Shown piece after piece: positions 19,954 through 31,600 of a DNA stretch of 64,000 nt. The notes beneath the pieces are model-generated. The model was given only the letters and a program-made list of their open reading frames with translations. It had not been told where the DNA came from and searched no databases. Origin of the DNA: Microcoleus sp. (GTDB lineage Bacteria > Cyanobacteriota > Cyanobacteriia > Cyanobacteriales > Microcoleaceae); contig CP181291.1 of assembly GCA_052279835.1 (NCBI GenBank), forward strand, positions 5,728,001 through 5,792,000, written 5' to 3'. The first letter of the stretch is position 1. Each line of letters starts with the position of its first letter. Made by a program: the position numbers and the translations under genes.

Positions 19954-20499
19954 ATGAATAATTGGAATTCGCAGTCGGGAGATATTGAGTGGGTAGATCA
20001 GGTTTACCAACTATTGCTAGAGATTGCTCGGAACTCCTTGTCCGATATCCCCAGAATGCCACCTAACATTAGCCAAAAGGCTCTACCTCTGATACAGAAG
20101 GTACAAAGCATTCAGCAAAGACGAGATGGACAAGTTTTCAAATCCGGTTCCTTTTCCGTAAACGATCGCGAATGGGTCGATCAAGTCTGTCAACTACTGG
20201 TGGAACTGACAGGCGCTTCTTTGTCTGAACGACCGAAAATGCCGGAAAACCTGGCAGGTAGAGCTTTAACCCTGGCAGACAAGGCGCAAAATATCAAAGA
20301 AATCATCGAAGAAAATGCTTCCCTTCCCCCAGCAGATGAGGAGGAACCCTTACCGTCTCCAGAGGCGGTGCTGAATGTGTTGCACCACACTTTAAAAATT
20401 CAGCGTGCTAAAAGCTACAAGCCTGATGCTCCCCAATGGCAGCAAATCTTGAGCCTGCTCGATGTAGTCCAGTCAATTTACAAGGAAATCCAACATTAG
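19954..20499 (+). CDS. Hypothetical protein with internal duplication
   Basis: 181-aa ORF; EWVDQVxQLLxE...P(R/K)MP occurs twice. Confidence 0.75.
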   Translation: MNNWNSQSGDIEWVDQVYQLLLEIARNSLSDIPRMPPNISQKALPLIQKVQSIQQRRDGQVFKSGSFSVNDREWVDQVCQLLVELTGASLSERPKMPENLAGRALTLADKAQNIKEIIEENASLPPADEEEPLPSPEAVLNVLHHTLKIQRAKSYKPDAPQWQQILSLLDVVQSIYKEIQH

Positions 20500-20705
20500 A
20501 TTGATTCTTCGATCGGCGTGTGCCTGATTTTGTGTCGATCGCGTTATGTCGTGGGTCAGCGCCAAAAAATCAATCCGAGGCGATCGCCATCCTCCGCTTT
20601 GTATCAATCTTATGCAGCCGTTAGGCCCGATCGCTCCTAAAATGCTATGAAAGGGGTTTGACAAATAGCAAAACCCGGATCATCTGTTAACTTGGAGATA
20701 TTGTT

Positions 20706-21218
20706 GTGGACTTATCGCTAATTCCGGCACAGCCGAAACCAGGACTGCTCAATGTCCTGATCGAAATTACCGCCGGTAGCAAAAACAAGTACGAATTTGA
20801 TAAAGACTTACAAGCCTTTGCTCTAGATCGGGTGCTCTCTTCCTCAGTCCAATATCCATGCGACTATGGCTTCATACCTAATACCTTAGCTGACGATGGC
20901 GACCCCCTCGACGGCATGGTGATGATGGACGAGCCGACATTTCCGGGGTGCGTGATTGCAGCCCGTCCCATCGGAATGCTAGAAATGATCGATGGAGGCG
21001 ATCGGGACGAAAAACTATTGTGCGTTCCCGACAAAGACCCACGCTACGCTCACTATAAGTCCCTCAAAGACGTAGCACCCCATCGCTTGGATGAAATAGC
21101 CGAATTTTTTAGAACCTACAAAAATTTGGAGAAAAAAGTCACAGAAATTCTAGGGTGGCAAGATGTGGATCTAGTAATGCCATTAGTGGAAAAGTGCATC
21201 GCAGCCGATCGCAAATAA
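20706..21218 (+). CDS. ppa: Inorganic pyrophosphatase (family I)
   Basis: [34 protein letters not shown]. Confidence 0.97.
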   Translation: MDLSLIPAQPKPGLLNVLIEITAGSKNKYEFDKDLQAFALDRVLSSSVQYPCDYGFIPNTLADDGDPLDGMVMMDEPTFPGCVIAARPIGMLEMIDGGDRDEKLLCVPDKDPRYAHYKSLKDVAPHRLDEIAEFFRTYKNLEKKVTEILGWQDVDLVMPLVEKCIAADRK

Positions 21219-21260
21219 ACCATTAGCCCGCATTCTTGGACTACAACCAGAATCACATAC

Positions 21261-21290
21261 TCCCACACCAAATATGATTTATGGTGTGGG
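21261..21290 (+). terminator. Stem-loop downstream of ppa
   Basis: CCCACACCA...TGGTGTGGG inverted repeat, but no clear U-tract. Confidence 0.4.
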
Positions 21291-21505
21291 CAGACTAGAT
21301 TCCAATTTAAAGATATATTTGATTTCATTTGAGGTACTCCGACTGTTTCCCTATCAAACGTTTTGAATGTTTCCCTGTCAAACATTATGATAACGATCGG
21401 GTTCCCGGTCCCACCTCACTGCCTGAAGGCTCAATGTTTTTTTAAATTCTCGAAGTAAAAAATAAAATCTCCACTCCCAAGTTCCTGCGCGTAAAGCTAA
21501 AAAAG

Positions 21506-22414
21506 ATGCCTGATTCCCAAAAGTCCGCAGCCATTCCACAGCCTTCTGATGGCAAAGCCACTAGCTCAAGCAGCCCTTTGACCGAGTTTGTCGTTCAGTT
21601 TTGGGGAGTCCGGGGCAGCATAGCAACTCCCGGTAGCAAAACAATTCGCTATGGAGGTAACACCTCTTGTGTAGAAATGCGGTTGGGCAAACAACGCCTG
21701 ATCTTTGACGGTGGCACTGGTCTGCGAGTCCTTGGTCTTAACTTACTGCGACAGATGCCAGTGGAAGCCCATATGTTTTTCAGCCACACGCACTGGGATC
21801 ACATTCAAGGATTCCCTTTTTTTACCCCCGCCTTCATTCCAGGCAACTGCTTTCACATTTACGGTGCGATCGCCCCCAACGGCACTACAATTAAACAGCG
21901 TCTGGCCGACCAAATGCACCACCCCAACTTCCCAGTCCCGATCCAGGTGATGCAATCAGACCTCAAATTTAATGACTTGACTCCGGGGGATATCATCGAA
22001 CTCGACGATGTAAAAATCGAAACCGCCCTGCTGAATCATCCCAATACCGCGATCGGATATCGTGTGACCTGGGAGGGACACAGTGCCGTCTACTGCACCG
22101 ATACAGAACACTTTGCCGATCGGTTAGACGACAACATAGTACACCTAGCTCGCGACGCAGATGTGTTAATTTACGATGCGAATTACACCAACGAAGAATA
22201 TCATGACTTCAAGTCGCCCAAAGTCGGCTGGGGACACTCCACTTGGCAAGCAGGAGTAGAAGTAGCCAAAGCAGCGGGAGTCAAAAAAGTGGTAATGTTT
22301 CACCACGACCCAGGTCATGACGACAACTTTCTCGATCGAGTAGAAGCAGAAGTCCAAGCAGTTTTCGCCAATAGTTGCTTAGCACGAGAAGGCATGAGCA
22401 TACCAGTGATTTAA
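21506..22414 (+). CDS. MBL-fold metallo-hydrolase (PhnP / RNase Z / phosphodiesterase-like)
   Basis: WGVRGS, YGGNTSC, SHTHWDHIQG, GWGHST, FHHDP. Confidence 0.9.
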   Translation: MPDSQKSAAIPQPSDGKATSSSSPLTEFVVQFWGVRGSIATPGSKTIRYGGNTSCVEMRLGKQRLIFDGGTGLRVLGLNLLRQMPVEAHMFFSHTHWDHIQGFPFFTPAFIPGNCFHIYGAIAPNGTTIKQRLADQMHHPNFPVPIQVMQSDLKFNDLTPGDIIELDDVKIETALLNHPNTAIGYRVTWEGHSAVYCTDTEHFADRLDDNIVHLARDADVLIYDANYTNEEYHDFKSPKVGWGHSTWQAGVEVAKAAGVKKVVMFHHDPGHDDNFLDRVEAEVQAVFANSCLAREGMSIPVI

Positions 22415-22486
22415 GAAAAAATCAACGCAGGCTCCAAAAAACCCGATCGTTGTGGCAAAAATTAGAAGACCAAAGGCAGAAGCAAA

Positions 22487-23053
22487 ATGAAGCACCAAAC
22501 ACCCCGCCGACGTCCTAGGCGAACCTGGCGGGGACTTTACTCAACTTTGCTAGTGTTGATCCTGTTCTGCTGTACCTGCGGGGGATGGGTAGCCGCCCAG
22601 ACAGCCGATGCTCGCACCCCCGCACCACTAGCTCAAGTATCTAGAATTGAAAATATCGGCACTGTCGATCGCATTCCCGATCGCTACCAACTCGGACAAC
22701 AACTATACCTCGAAAACTGCGCCACTTGCCACATTGGTTTACCACCGCAAGTCTTACCGACAGAAACCTGGCGCAGATTGCTGCAAGATCCCCAACACTA
22801 CGGACAAACCCTAAAGCTGCTCGTAGATCCACCGCGCCTGCTAGTGTGGAACTATCTGCAAACTTTTTCTCGTCCCCAACAAAAAGAAGAAGAACTGGCT
22901 TATCGAGTTGCGAGTTCTCGATATTTCAAAGCTCTACATCCCAAAGTTAAAATGTCACAACCAGCAAATATCAGCAGTTGTGTGACTTGTCATCCGGGTG
23001 TATCTCAATACAATTTCCGCAAGCTTACCGCCGAGTGGGAAAACTCCCCCTAG
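22487..23053 (+). CDS. Diheme cytochrome c family protein
   Basis: Signal/TM segment and two CxxCH motifs (CATCH, CVTCH). Confidence 0.88.
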   Translation: MKHQTPRRRPRRTWRGLYSTLLVLILFCCTCGGWVAAQTADARTPAPLAQVSRIENIGTVDRIPDRYQLGQQLYLENCATCHIGLPPQVLPTETWRRLLQDPQHYGQTLKLLVDPPRLLVWNYLQTFSRPQQKEEELAYRVASSRYFKALHPKVKMSQPANISSCVTCHPGVSQYNFRKLTAEWENSP

Positions 23054-23124
23054 GGAACCTAGGAGTTATCTGCGTTGATCAACCCTCATCTGCTACCCAT
23101 CGGCGGTTAAATCACCAACCAAAA

Positions 23125-23685
23125 TTAAACAGGCAAAAACTGTTCTGAAAAATTAATTTCAATCTCAGGAAAAGCTAGCATTCTAATCACAGCATTATCT
23201 GCAACAACTATCTCAGATTGATAGCCTCCGGGGGCAGGATTTCGATAAATATATGCTTGACGGCTAACTATATCTAAAATCCAATATTCAGCGATATTAG
23301 CCCTAGCATAAATCAGGGCTTTTTCCCGGCGGTCAATTTGCAATGTCGAGTAAGAAACCTCAATTAACAGCAAGATTTCCCTAGGATTTGGGTGATGGTC
23401 GCCATAACCGCCCGGATCGATACAAACAACTGCTATATCTGGTTCTGGTTCCGAAGTTGCCAAAGTAATTGGCAACTGCACGCGAATTTCTGCTAAATCT
23501 GTTAGTAGTTGTTGTAGATATCGATCGCTGCGCTGGGTTGTAGCAGCATGGATTGGTGTTTGAGGACTCATTTCAACAATCATCCCATCAAGCAATTCAA
23601 TGTTATCATCCTCCTTGAGAATACCAGCTTCAATCATCCGGTGATATTCTTCCACTGTCCAGATTTTTGCTTTAGTTGCTGTCAT
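23125..23685 (-). CDS. Uma2 family (PD-(D/E)xK-like) endonuclease
   Basis: ELLDGMIVEM, EPEPD, LIEVS, EYWILD. Confidence 0.92.
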   Translation of the reverse strand: MTATKAKIWTVEEYHRMIEAGILKEDDNIELLDGMIVEMSPQTPIHAATTQRSDRYLQQLLTDLAEIRVQLPITLATSEPEPDIAVVCIDPGGYGDHHPNPREILLLIEVSYSTLQIDRREKALIYARANIAEYWILDIVSRQAYIYRNPAPGGYQSEIVVADNAVIRMLAFPEIEINFSEQFLPV

Positions 23686-23828
23686 AATCTTTTCAGGTAC
23701 GGTAAAACATTAAGACTTGATTTTATTTTTCAATTTTACCATTACCTGAAGATTCAAACCACTACAAAATATCAATGTCAATGCGTAATTAGTTATAATA
23801 AGATTTAGAAGTTTCTGGTGCCCTTCCC

Positions 23829-24518
23829 ATGACTCCTCAACTACAAACTCAGCCACAGCCCACGAAACAACCAGAAAAAGTCCTGTATCCAGACAGTGAT
23901 GGACAGCCTATGTCAGATAACACCCTCCAATTTGCTTGGATTGTCAAACTCAAAGAAGGGTGCGAAGCCTTGTTTAAAGATAATCCCACTGTATTTGTAG
24001 CTGGGGATTTACTCTGGTATCCCATCGAAGGCGACAATAAGACGAGGCGCGCCCCTGATGCTATGGTGGTATTTGGCAGACCCAAGGGATATCGAGGGTC
24101 TTACCAGCAATGGCTGGAAGATAATATCGCTCCACAAGTCGTCTTTGAGATTTTGTCCCCCGGAAATACTTTATCGGAAATGGCACTGAAGTTGCAGTTT
24201 TATAGCCGCTTTGGTGTAGAAGAATATTATCTTTACGATCCAGAACGTAACGATTTAACTGGATGGCAAAGAGACGAAACAGGACTAATTGTAATTGAAT
24301 CCTTGGATGGGTGGGTAAGTCCACGTCTAGGGGTCAGATTTGTGTTTGCAGAACCAGAATTAGAGGTGATTCGTCCCGATGGAAAGCGCTTTTTGTCTTA
24401 TGTAGAGTTAATGGAACAGCGGGATGAACTGGAACAACAGCGGGATGAACTGGAACAACAGCGCGATCGCATGGCTGCAAAACTGCAAGAATTGGGTATC
24501 GATCCAACTCAGCTTTAA
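23829..24518 (+). CDS. Uma2 family endonuclease with C-terminal heptad repeats
   Basis: YPDSDGQPM, APD, FEILSPGN, EEYYLYDP, ending LQELGIDP. Confidence 0.92.
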   Translation: MTPQLQTQPQPTKQPEKVLYPDSDGQPMSDNTLQFAWIVKLKEGCEALFKDNPTVFVAGDLLWYPIEGDNKTRRAPDAMVVFGRPKGYRGSYQQWLEDNIAPQVVFEILSPGNTLSEMALKLQFYSRFGVEEYYLYDPERNDLTGWQRDETGLIVIESLDGWVSPRLGVRFVFAEPELEVIRPDGKRFLSYVELMEQRDELEQQRDELEQQRDRMAAKLQELGIDPTQL

Positions 24519-24567
24519 GTGATAATCAACTGATTTGAACTACCTGCACTAAATCGAAGCGATTTAA

Positions 24568-24855
24568 CTGGTTCCCAGGCTCTGCCTGGGAACCGATATC
24601 CAGAGGCTCTGCCTCGTCGAAGAGAAGGAACAAAGGAACAAAGGAAAGGAACATAGGAAGCAGAGCCTCTAGATCTGCGTTACCAGGCAGAGCCTGGTAA
24701 CGAGTAAAACTGGTTTAACTGGTTCCCAGGCTCTGCCTGGGCACCGATATCCAGAGGCTCTGCCTCGTCGAAGAGAAGGAACAAAGGAACAAAGGAAAGG
24801 AACATAGGAGGCAGAACCTCTAGATCTGCGTTACCAGGCAGAGCCTGGTAACGAG
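24568..24855 (+). repeat. Tandem pair of the CCAGGCAGAGCCTGG multi-hairpin element
   Basis: Two near-identical 137-bp units (24568-24704, 24719-24855) between convergent genes. Confidence 0.92.
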
Positions 24856-24872
24856 TAATCAACTCAAAATCA

Positions 24873-27800
24873 TCAACCGGTATTCCGCATCCCCGCAGCA
24901 ATACCATTAATCGTCAACAGAGCTCCCCGCAACAATTCACCTTTGCTGTAACGCGAGTGAATTACCCCCGGCACAGCACCACTACCATGTTGCCGCAAGC
25001 GTTTCAGCAGTGAAACCTGCAATAAACCCAAAGGTACAATGGTGGCATTTCGCAACTGCACGGAACGCTGCAATGCCGGATCTTCGTCCAACAAACGTTG
25101 GTGTCCGGTAATAGTTAAAACCAAATCGCGAATCAGGTGATATTCGCAAGAAATTTGTTCAAACAAAGTCTGAAAACGCGCTCTATCCTCTGGAAGAGAT
25201 AACTCTCGGACGTAGTGTTCGGCAATCTGCAAGTCTACTTTGGATAAAGTCATTTCCACCTTAGAAATCACCATTCTAAAAAATGGCCATTTCAAGTAAA
25301 AATACTGCAAAAGTTTCAAATGTTCTTCCGGTTCCTCTAGCAAAAATTCTTGTAGAGCCGTACCCACACCGTACCAGGAAGGAAGCAAAAAGCGGCTTTG
25401 AGTCCAACTAAACACCCACGGAATTGCCCGCAAACCGCTGATATCTTTCTTGCCGCCACGACGGGCTGGACGAGAACTAATTTGCAACTGACTGATTTCT
25501 TGAATGGGGGTAACATGATGGAAGAAATCGACTAAATCTGGCTGTTCGTAGATTAAGTTACGGTAGTGCGATCGCGATTTGGCAGCCAACTCCTCCATAA
25601 TCTGATTCCAAGGGTCGATGCCATCGAAACCTGTATGCAGCAAACTAGCTTGAATCACTGCTGCGGCCACAGTTTCCAAATTGTAAAGTGCTAACTCTGG
25701 TAAAGAATACTTAGAAGCTAAAACCTCCCCTTGTTCGGTAATCTTAATTCGCCCGCTAATACTCTTTCCGGGTTGAGCCAAAATTGCCTTATAAGCAGGC
25801 CCGCCACCACGGCCTACAGAACCGCCCCGGCCGTGAAAAATTCGCAACTCCACACCGTAGTTTTCAGCAACTATTTGTAATGCTTTTTGAGCTTTCTGAA
25901 TTTCCCAATTGCTGCTGAGGAAACCCGAATCTTTATTGCTATCTGAATAGCCCAACATCACCTCTTGCAAGGAAACGGCATGGGAACAATCAGACAGTTG
26001 CTGAGCCTTGGCAGCAGCGTAACCTCCAGCTAGTAAAGCGCGATAAAGTGGTAGTTCAAATACCTCCTGCATCACGATCGGTGCTTTTTTCAAATCTTCC
26101 ACTGTTTCAAACAGAGGTACCACTTGAACGCTGCTAATTCCTGTTGCTGGATCGTAGATGCCCGCTTCTTTTGCTAATAGTAAGACTGCTAGCAAATCGC
26201 TGACATCGTGACTCATGCTGATCACGTAAGTTTCGCAAATTTCCGGCCCAAACTCCTGGTGCATTTGCCGCAAGACTCGGAAGGTATTAATTGTCTCGCA
26301 AGTTTTGGGAGAAAATGGTAATTCTGCGGGAATTAAAGGGCGACGAGTTTGCAGTTCAGTTGCGAGCCAAATAGTTCGCTCTGATTCCGTCATTTGATTG
26401 TAGGGCGTTGGCAAAATTTGCAGGTATTCAGCAATTTCGTTCAAAGCGTCGGAGTGTACGGTGGACTCTTGGCGGATATCTAGGTAAGCCAAATTAAATC
26501 CGTAAATTTCTACTTGACAAAGCAGATTTTCCAAGTCTCGGCAACTCAAACCTGTTTCGACCAAATTGTGCTGGATTAGCTGCAACTCCGCCAAAAATTC
26601 AGCTCCCGATCGATAAAGACCGGTCATGCCAGCATTTCCTGACAAAGCTTCCCGTTCCCGCTGCAACTCGTCTCCTTTGTAGAGTCGCCAATTACGATCG
26701 CGCGTATTTTCCAGTCGCTGAAGCACGTAAGCCAGCTTCAGTCGATAGGGTTCTTGGCGGTAACGAATCGCCCACTGCTCGTAAACTTCCGGGAATTCCG
26801 ATTTGTCGCGATCGAGAGATTCTAGTAATTCCGGCAATACGTCGCTCCAGTGTAGCGACAAACTCAACAGCTCGTTGAGGCGCTTCACGGCATTGATGTA
26901 CTTACACAGCACTAAATGGCGCTGATAGCAAGCGGTTTGCCAAGTAACTTTTGGAGTCACAGAAGGATTGCCATCTCTGTCGGAACCAACCCAAGAACCA
27001 AACTTGCAAAAGTTGTAACTGGGTGGTTTCAGGTAAGGGAAAGAAGCGTGTAGAGCTTGCTTGAGCCGGTGATAGAGTTCGGGAATCGCATCAAACAGCA
27101 CTTCATCGAAGTAGTGCAAAGTGTATTCCACCTCGTCAAGCACAGTCGGCTTAAACTGGTGCAGCTCGTCAGTGCGCCACCACAGGCGAATTTCTTCCAT
27201 CAATTGCTCTTGCAGAGCGCAAGCTTCCCAGGAAGAGACAGCGTAGGGACTTTCAGAGTCTGTCCCCACCAGCGGAAATTTCTCATCAACTTGGTCTAAC
27301 TGTTGCAGAATCTTCGCCATCCGTCGCTGCTTGGTGCGGATCGTGTTGCGGACAATTTCCGTCGGGTGGGCTGTAAATACCAAGCGGATGTCTAACTGAT
27401 CGATCAAGCGCTGAATTTGTTGGCTAGGCACGTTCAAGCGCAGCAGCATGGGGAACAGTTGGTGAAAAGTTCCTGCATCTTTGCTCACAAGCTCGGTTTC
27501 CCTAGGGCCGGGAGTTTGTGGAGACGGGCCTTCTCGGTGTCGCGGGCGATCGGGCGCATCCATGGCGTTTCCCGGCAACTTAGAAAACGTCCGTTCCCCA
27601 GCACTGTTGCTACCGACATAAGCTAGCTGTTGGTCTCGCTGTTCGTAGTGCTGTTCGACAATATTGATTAACTGAAAATAAAGTGCAAAAGCCCTAGCCG
27701 CGCGAATGGCGGCGTTGAGGTCGAGCTTTTCAATGAGCTGCAAAACGTTGGATTCGCGAAAGTGAGTGGCTTGTCCCTCGGAGGAATTCACCGATCGCAT

Positions 27801-27977
27801 TTGGCCTAGCAAGTCTACCAATTCCTGCCCGCACTCTTGTCGCAGCACCGATTTCCACAGGTCCTCTACTATTTTGAGGCGATTGCGTAGAAACAGGTCT
27901 GATTTTGAGTGGGCAAGAGAAGGGGAAATAGATGTGGAATTAATAGCCTGTTCTGAAGACTGGAGGAGTGAACTCAT
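24873..27977 (-). CDS. ppc: Phosphoenolpyruvate carboxylase
   Basis: [41 protein letters not shown]-terminal GMRNTG. Confidence 0.98.
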   Translation of the reverse strand: MSSLLQSSEQAINSTSISPSLAHSKSDLFLRNRLKIVEDLWKSVLRQECGQELVDLLGQMRSVNSSEGQATHFRESNVLQLIEKLDLNAAIRAARAFALYFQLINIVEQHYEQRDQQLAYVGSNSAGERTFSKLPGNAMDAPDRPRHREGPSPQTPGPRETELVSKDAGTFHQLFPMLLRLNVPSQQIQRLIDQLDIRLVFTAHPTEIVRNTIRTKQRRMAKILQQLDQVDEKFPLVGTDSESPYAVSSWEACALQEQLMEEIRLWWRTDELHQFKPTVLDEVEYTLHYFDEVLFDAIPELYHRLKQALHASFPYLKPPSYNFCKFGSWVGSDRDGNPSVTPKVTWQTACYQRHLVLCKYINAVKRLNELLSLSLHWSDVLPELLESLDRDKSEFPEVYEQWAIRYRQEPYRLKLAYVLQRLENTRDRNWRLYKGDELQREREALSGNAGMTGLYRSGAEFLAELQLIQHNLVETGLSCRDLENLLCQVEIYGFNLAYLDIRQESTVHSDALNEIAEYLQILPTPYNQMTESERTIWLATELQTRRPLIPAELPFSPKTCETINTFRVLRQMHQEFGPEICETYVISMSHDVSDLLAVLLLAKEAGIYDPATGISSVQVVPLFETVEDLKKAPIVMQEVFELPLYRALLAGGYAAAKAQQLSDCSHAVSLQEVMLGYSDSNKDSGFLSSNWEIQKAQKALQIVAENYGVELRIFHGRGGSVGRGGGPAYKAILAQPGKSISGRIKITEQGEVLASKYSLPELALYNLETVAAAVIQASLLHTGFDGIDPWNQIMEELAAKSRSHYRNLIYEQPDLVDFFHHVTPIQEISQLQISSRPARRGGKKDISGLRAIPWVFSWTQSRFLLPSWYGVGTALQEFLLEEPEEHLKLLQYFYLKWPFFRMVISKVEMTLSKVDLQIAEHYVRELSLPEDRARFQTLFEQISCEYHLIRDLVLTITGHQRLLDEDPALQRSVQLRNATIVPLGLLQVSLLKRLRQHGSGAVPGVIHSRYSKGELLRGALLTINGIAAGMRNTG

Positions 27978-28107
27978 CGGGGCTGTTCCTCAATAGCTGC
28001 GGGTGTCTAAAAAATTGTATGGTTTAGTCTTACCGAAAACACTTTTTTTTGCGGTCAAATACGAGACAACTTGATTTTACTTAGAGAGCATGGACACTTT
28101 CAGCTTT

Positions 28108-28332
28108 CTACTCCTTGGCGTAGGGAAAGTTAAGCTGGGGGAGGCGAGAGCCCCGAAACACTTCTTCGCTTTCAACGCCGAGGGAGCTAACAAACTCTGC
28201 TGTAGCCTTAGCAACGAGCAAACCACCAAGCAGTGGCACTGTCACCAAGCTCAAGACCAGATCGGATGGAATTAGGGAATTTTGACCTTGAAGTGTTTGT
28301 GTTTTTGATAAATCTCGGTTTTCCGACGGCAT
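28108..28332 (-). CDS. Small conserved cyanobacterial hypothetical protein
   Basis: Hydrophobic helix followed by SEEVFRGSRLP; AGGAGG RBS upstream. Confidence 0.7.
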   Translation of the reverse strand: MPSENRDLSKTQTLQGQNSLIPSDLVLSLVTVPLLGGLLVAKATAEFVSSLGVESEEVFRGSRLPQLNFPYAKE

Positions 28333-28430
28333 AAGTCCCTCCTGAGTTTTCTGTTACCCCAGTTTACAACTTAACAAAATACTGTAAATATAGTAGCTGG
28401 CTGTCCTCTTCCTTGAGACAGCGATCGGCA

Positions 28431-28614
28431 AATAGGGGAATAGAATTGATTAGTACCGATCGGCAGTCGGGAATTCAAAATGCCTATGCAGACGGTTTGC
28501 CGGGGATTGAAATTGCTCAATAAGCGTCAATGTCGAAATCCCGTAAGGGAGTAACTAGGAAATCTAAGAAGTGATTCTTAGAAGCTCTGTACCTTCAGGT
28601 GGGAGTGATGTCAC
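28431..28614 (+). mobile_element. Remnant of an IS200/IS605 element: tnpB C-terminal tail plus structured right end
   Basis: Encodes NRGIELISTDRQSGIQNAYADGLPGIEIAQ*, recalled as resembling cyanobacterial TnpB tails, then hairpins TCCCgtaaGGGA and TCTAAGAAgtgaTTCTTAGA, and ...ACCTTCAGGTGGGAGTGATGTCAC. Confidence 0.65.
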
Positions 28615-28665
28615 TGAATTCTTTAATCTAAAATCTACAATCAGAAATCTAAAATCGGTAGCCCC

Positions 28666-31600
28666 ATGTTGAATGCGAACGGGAGCATATTGGCAGATAA
28701 TCGATCGGCCGCGTCGCAATGGGCGCAAGCAGCTTTGGGGCTTCCCGAAGTTCAGTTACAAGTGCGGTTGCGAGGCAATCACCTGCACATTTTGTGCGAA
28801 GCAGCGCTCTGTCCGTCCCAGGAATTGGTGACGGCGAGATTCACATCGGCGATCGCCCAAACAGATTTTACTCGACTCCTAGCACCCGATCGACCAAAAA
28901 TTTACCAATTATTTCTGTGCGGGCGCAAACTCGGTTCCCGCCAAAATGATTGGACAGTCAGGCTCGATTGCAGCAGCCCCCAAAAACCGGAAAATGACTC
29001 CACCGTTGCGGAACAACCAGCACCGACAATTCCCCCCGACGAACCCCCCACAGAGGCTCCAAAAGGAGGATTTTTCGGGAAATTCCGCAATCAAAACCGC
29101 AAACTCAAACAAATCTCCAATCCTGTCGCACCCCCCACCACCGCCCCACAGTTGCGGGAAGAACTCGAATTTGATGCGGAAACTCCCCCCAAAGCCTCCG
29201 GGATTGAATACCGAGAACTGTTTGAAACAGCTCCTGTGACGATCGACACTTCAGCCAGTTCTGGTTTCAGTCCCCCCGTGGCAGTACACGGACATGAAAC
29301 AACCCAGCAGCAACAGAACCGTGGCGCAGTAGCCCTGATTCAATCCCCCCAACCAGCGATCGGCGACACCGCCAAGACATCAACGCTGACACTGCCGGTG
29401 GAAAGTTTGGCGAAGCGGGGCTATCCAGATGCGATCGCCAGTTATTTGAGCGAAATCCTAGGACCAATGGGAGTTTCGGTGAAAGTTAGCATCCGCGAAA
29501 AAGAACTCCCAGACAGCCCCGAAACCGATGATTCCCAAACACGGGAACATCTCAAAACCATTGACAGGCGACTGCTGGTGCTATGCGAATCTGGATACAG
29601 CCCCGATCCATCCTTGCTAGCAGCACCCATAGCCGGCAGGCTGCGGAAGCTCAAACTAGAAAATTTCCGAGATGCGGTAATTGTCAGCCAAGTCAGCGGC
29701 GAAGCCAAGCCAGACTGGATGCTGCGGGTAGACTTAACACCACCAGACAAAATTCTCAAAGCCTGGGCCCGCTGGGGAGATGTCCAGTCGATCGCCAAAC
29801 TGTTAAACCTACACTTGGCACCATCGCAAGTGGAAGTGCGAGCAACCCTGAAAGAATCAACCCTACACCTGTTTTGTAGCAAGGCTGTCAGCAAAGGGCA
29901 AAAGCAGAAAGCACCAGCCTACCCAGACAAACAGCAAACAGCCGACGCGATCGCCCCCATGCTTGCCTCCTTCGCGCCCCAGGGCATTCATGGAGCCACT
30001 CTCTACGGCGTTAAAGCAGTCAGCGATAGCAAAGCCGAGCCAGATTCCCCAGGGTGGATAGACTGGGTGGACTTGCCGGCGGCTCATCATCCAGACTTGG
30101 CTCCCAGCCCCAGAACTTTAGCAACCGAGGGCGATCGCTCGGCCCTGACTTTTTTATTAAACAGGTTGCTCAACCCCAATCTCAAACGCAAGTTAGAAAC
30201 AGGCGGTATCCGAGCTGTCGTACTCCAAAAAGACGACGTACTCCACATCATGACCGAAGCTCTAACTTGCCCTTCTCAGTCCCAGGTGGGCCCACCAGTG
30301 GTGAAGTTCTTGCGGGAGTTAAAAATTCCCGGAGTAGCAGGAGTGCGAGTCTACGGGCGTCGCGCGGGCCAAAAAATACCTTTGTGGCGTTACGGACTCA
30401 ATCTCACAACGGCGACTAGCCAGGAATCAGCCCCCACAGCAGCCTCCGTGGACTCCCAACTGGTGGTGTTTGAAAAAGAGCCGGTGCCGGAGTTCGCTAC
30501 ATCAGCCACCGATGGGACTTTTTCGAGTTTGGGCGAAAATTTAGTGTTTCCTGGGGATGCCAAACCCTCTGGCTGGCATCGGGGCTTAAAAATCCGACTC
30601 CCAGGCTACAACCTAGGGGAGCGATTAGTTCCAGCTTTGGTACAGCCCCTTGTGGCTTCCGGTTTATTTGTTCCCAATGATGGTTTGTCAACTTCTGTGG
30701 CTGGTTCTACCAGTGTCAGAGCCGATCGCGCCGCGGGTATTGCTTTGGTTTGGGCGATCGCTGGCTGTCTGTTGACTTTCAATAGCGATTGGTTACTTGG
30801 TCAATTTGTGAAATATACGACGGTCAGTGCAGCTCCTAGGGCGATGTTGGCGTGCAGCGACCAAAATTGTCAAAATTCAAGTGTCAAGCCTGAGAGCGAC
30901 GTTAAAGCCCCTGTGGTGAGTCCAGCATCCCCCGTGGCTCCCCAGTCTCAGGAGGTGAATTTGCCTCAAATACCCTTGGAACCCTCGCCCTTGGCGAAGG
31001 GGGAAGAGGCTTTCAATGGTTCTGGGTTTACCAAGCCAGGGAAGATCGCCGTTCCTGTAGTTGAGGCCCCTCCTGCTATGGTTTATCCGACTTTGAGGAG
31101 CGAGCAGCTTGACGCTCAAATAGCTCGATATCAAGAGTACATCCGTCAGCACAAAAGACCGCCGGATATCTTAATTGTGGGCAGTTCCAGAGCCCTGCGG
31201 GGCATCGATCCGGGAGTTCTGGAAACTGCTTTGGCCGCTGGGGGCTATCCGGGGCTCAAAGCTTACAATTTTGGGGTGAATGGGGCGACTCTTCAGGTTG
31301 TAGATTCGATCGTCCGCCGGATTTTGCCACCGCAACAATTGCCGAAATTGCTGGTTTTAGCCGATGGGGCTAGGGCTTTAAATAGCGGTAGGCCAGATTT
31401 GACTTTTAGTGCGATCGCTTCTTCTGAGGGCTACAGACAATTAGCCCGTGGTAGTTTTCTGATCCGCACTAATCAATTAGAAACGGAAGTATCCAAGGAA
31501 GTCACGAATAATCCGCTGGCGGTTGTCGCTGCATTTGCTCACAATTTCGAGCAGACTCAAGCTAATGTTCAGCAATTGGTTAATCAAAAGTTGGTGGAGA

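Noticed and set aside
24414..24470. 21-nt repeat in the Uma2 C-terminus
   Set aside because: Variable heptad tails are routine in this Uma2 subfamily.
24680..24907. 75-aa ORF
   Set aside because: Lies within the repeated hairpin element; the similar ORF at 57345 has the same cause.
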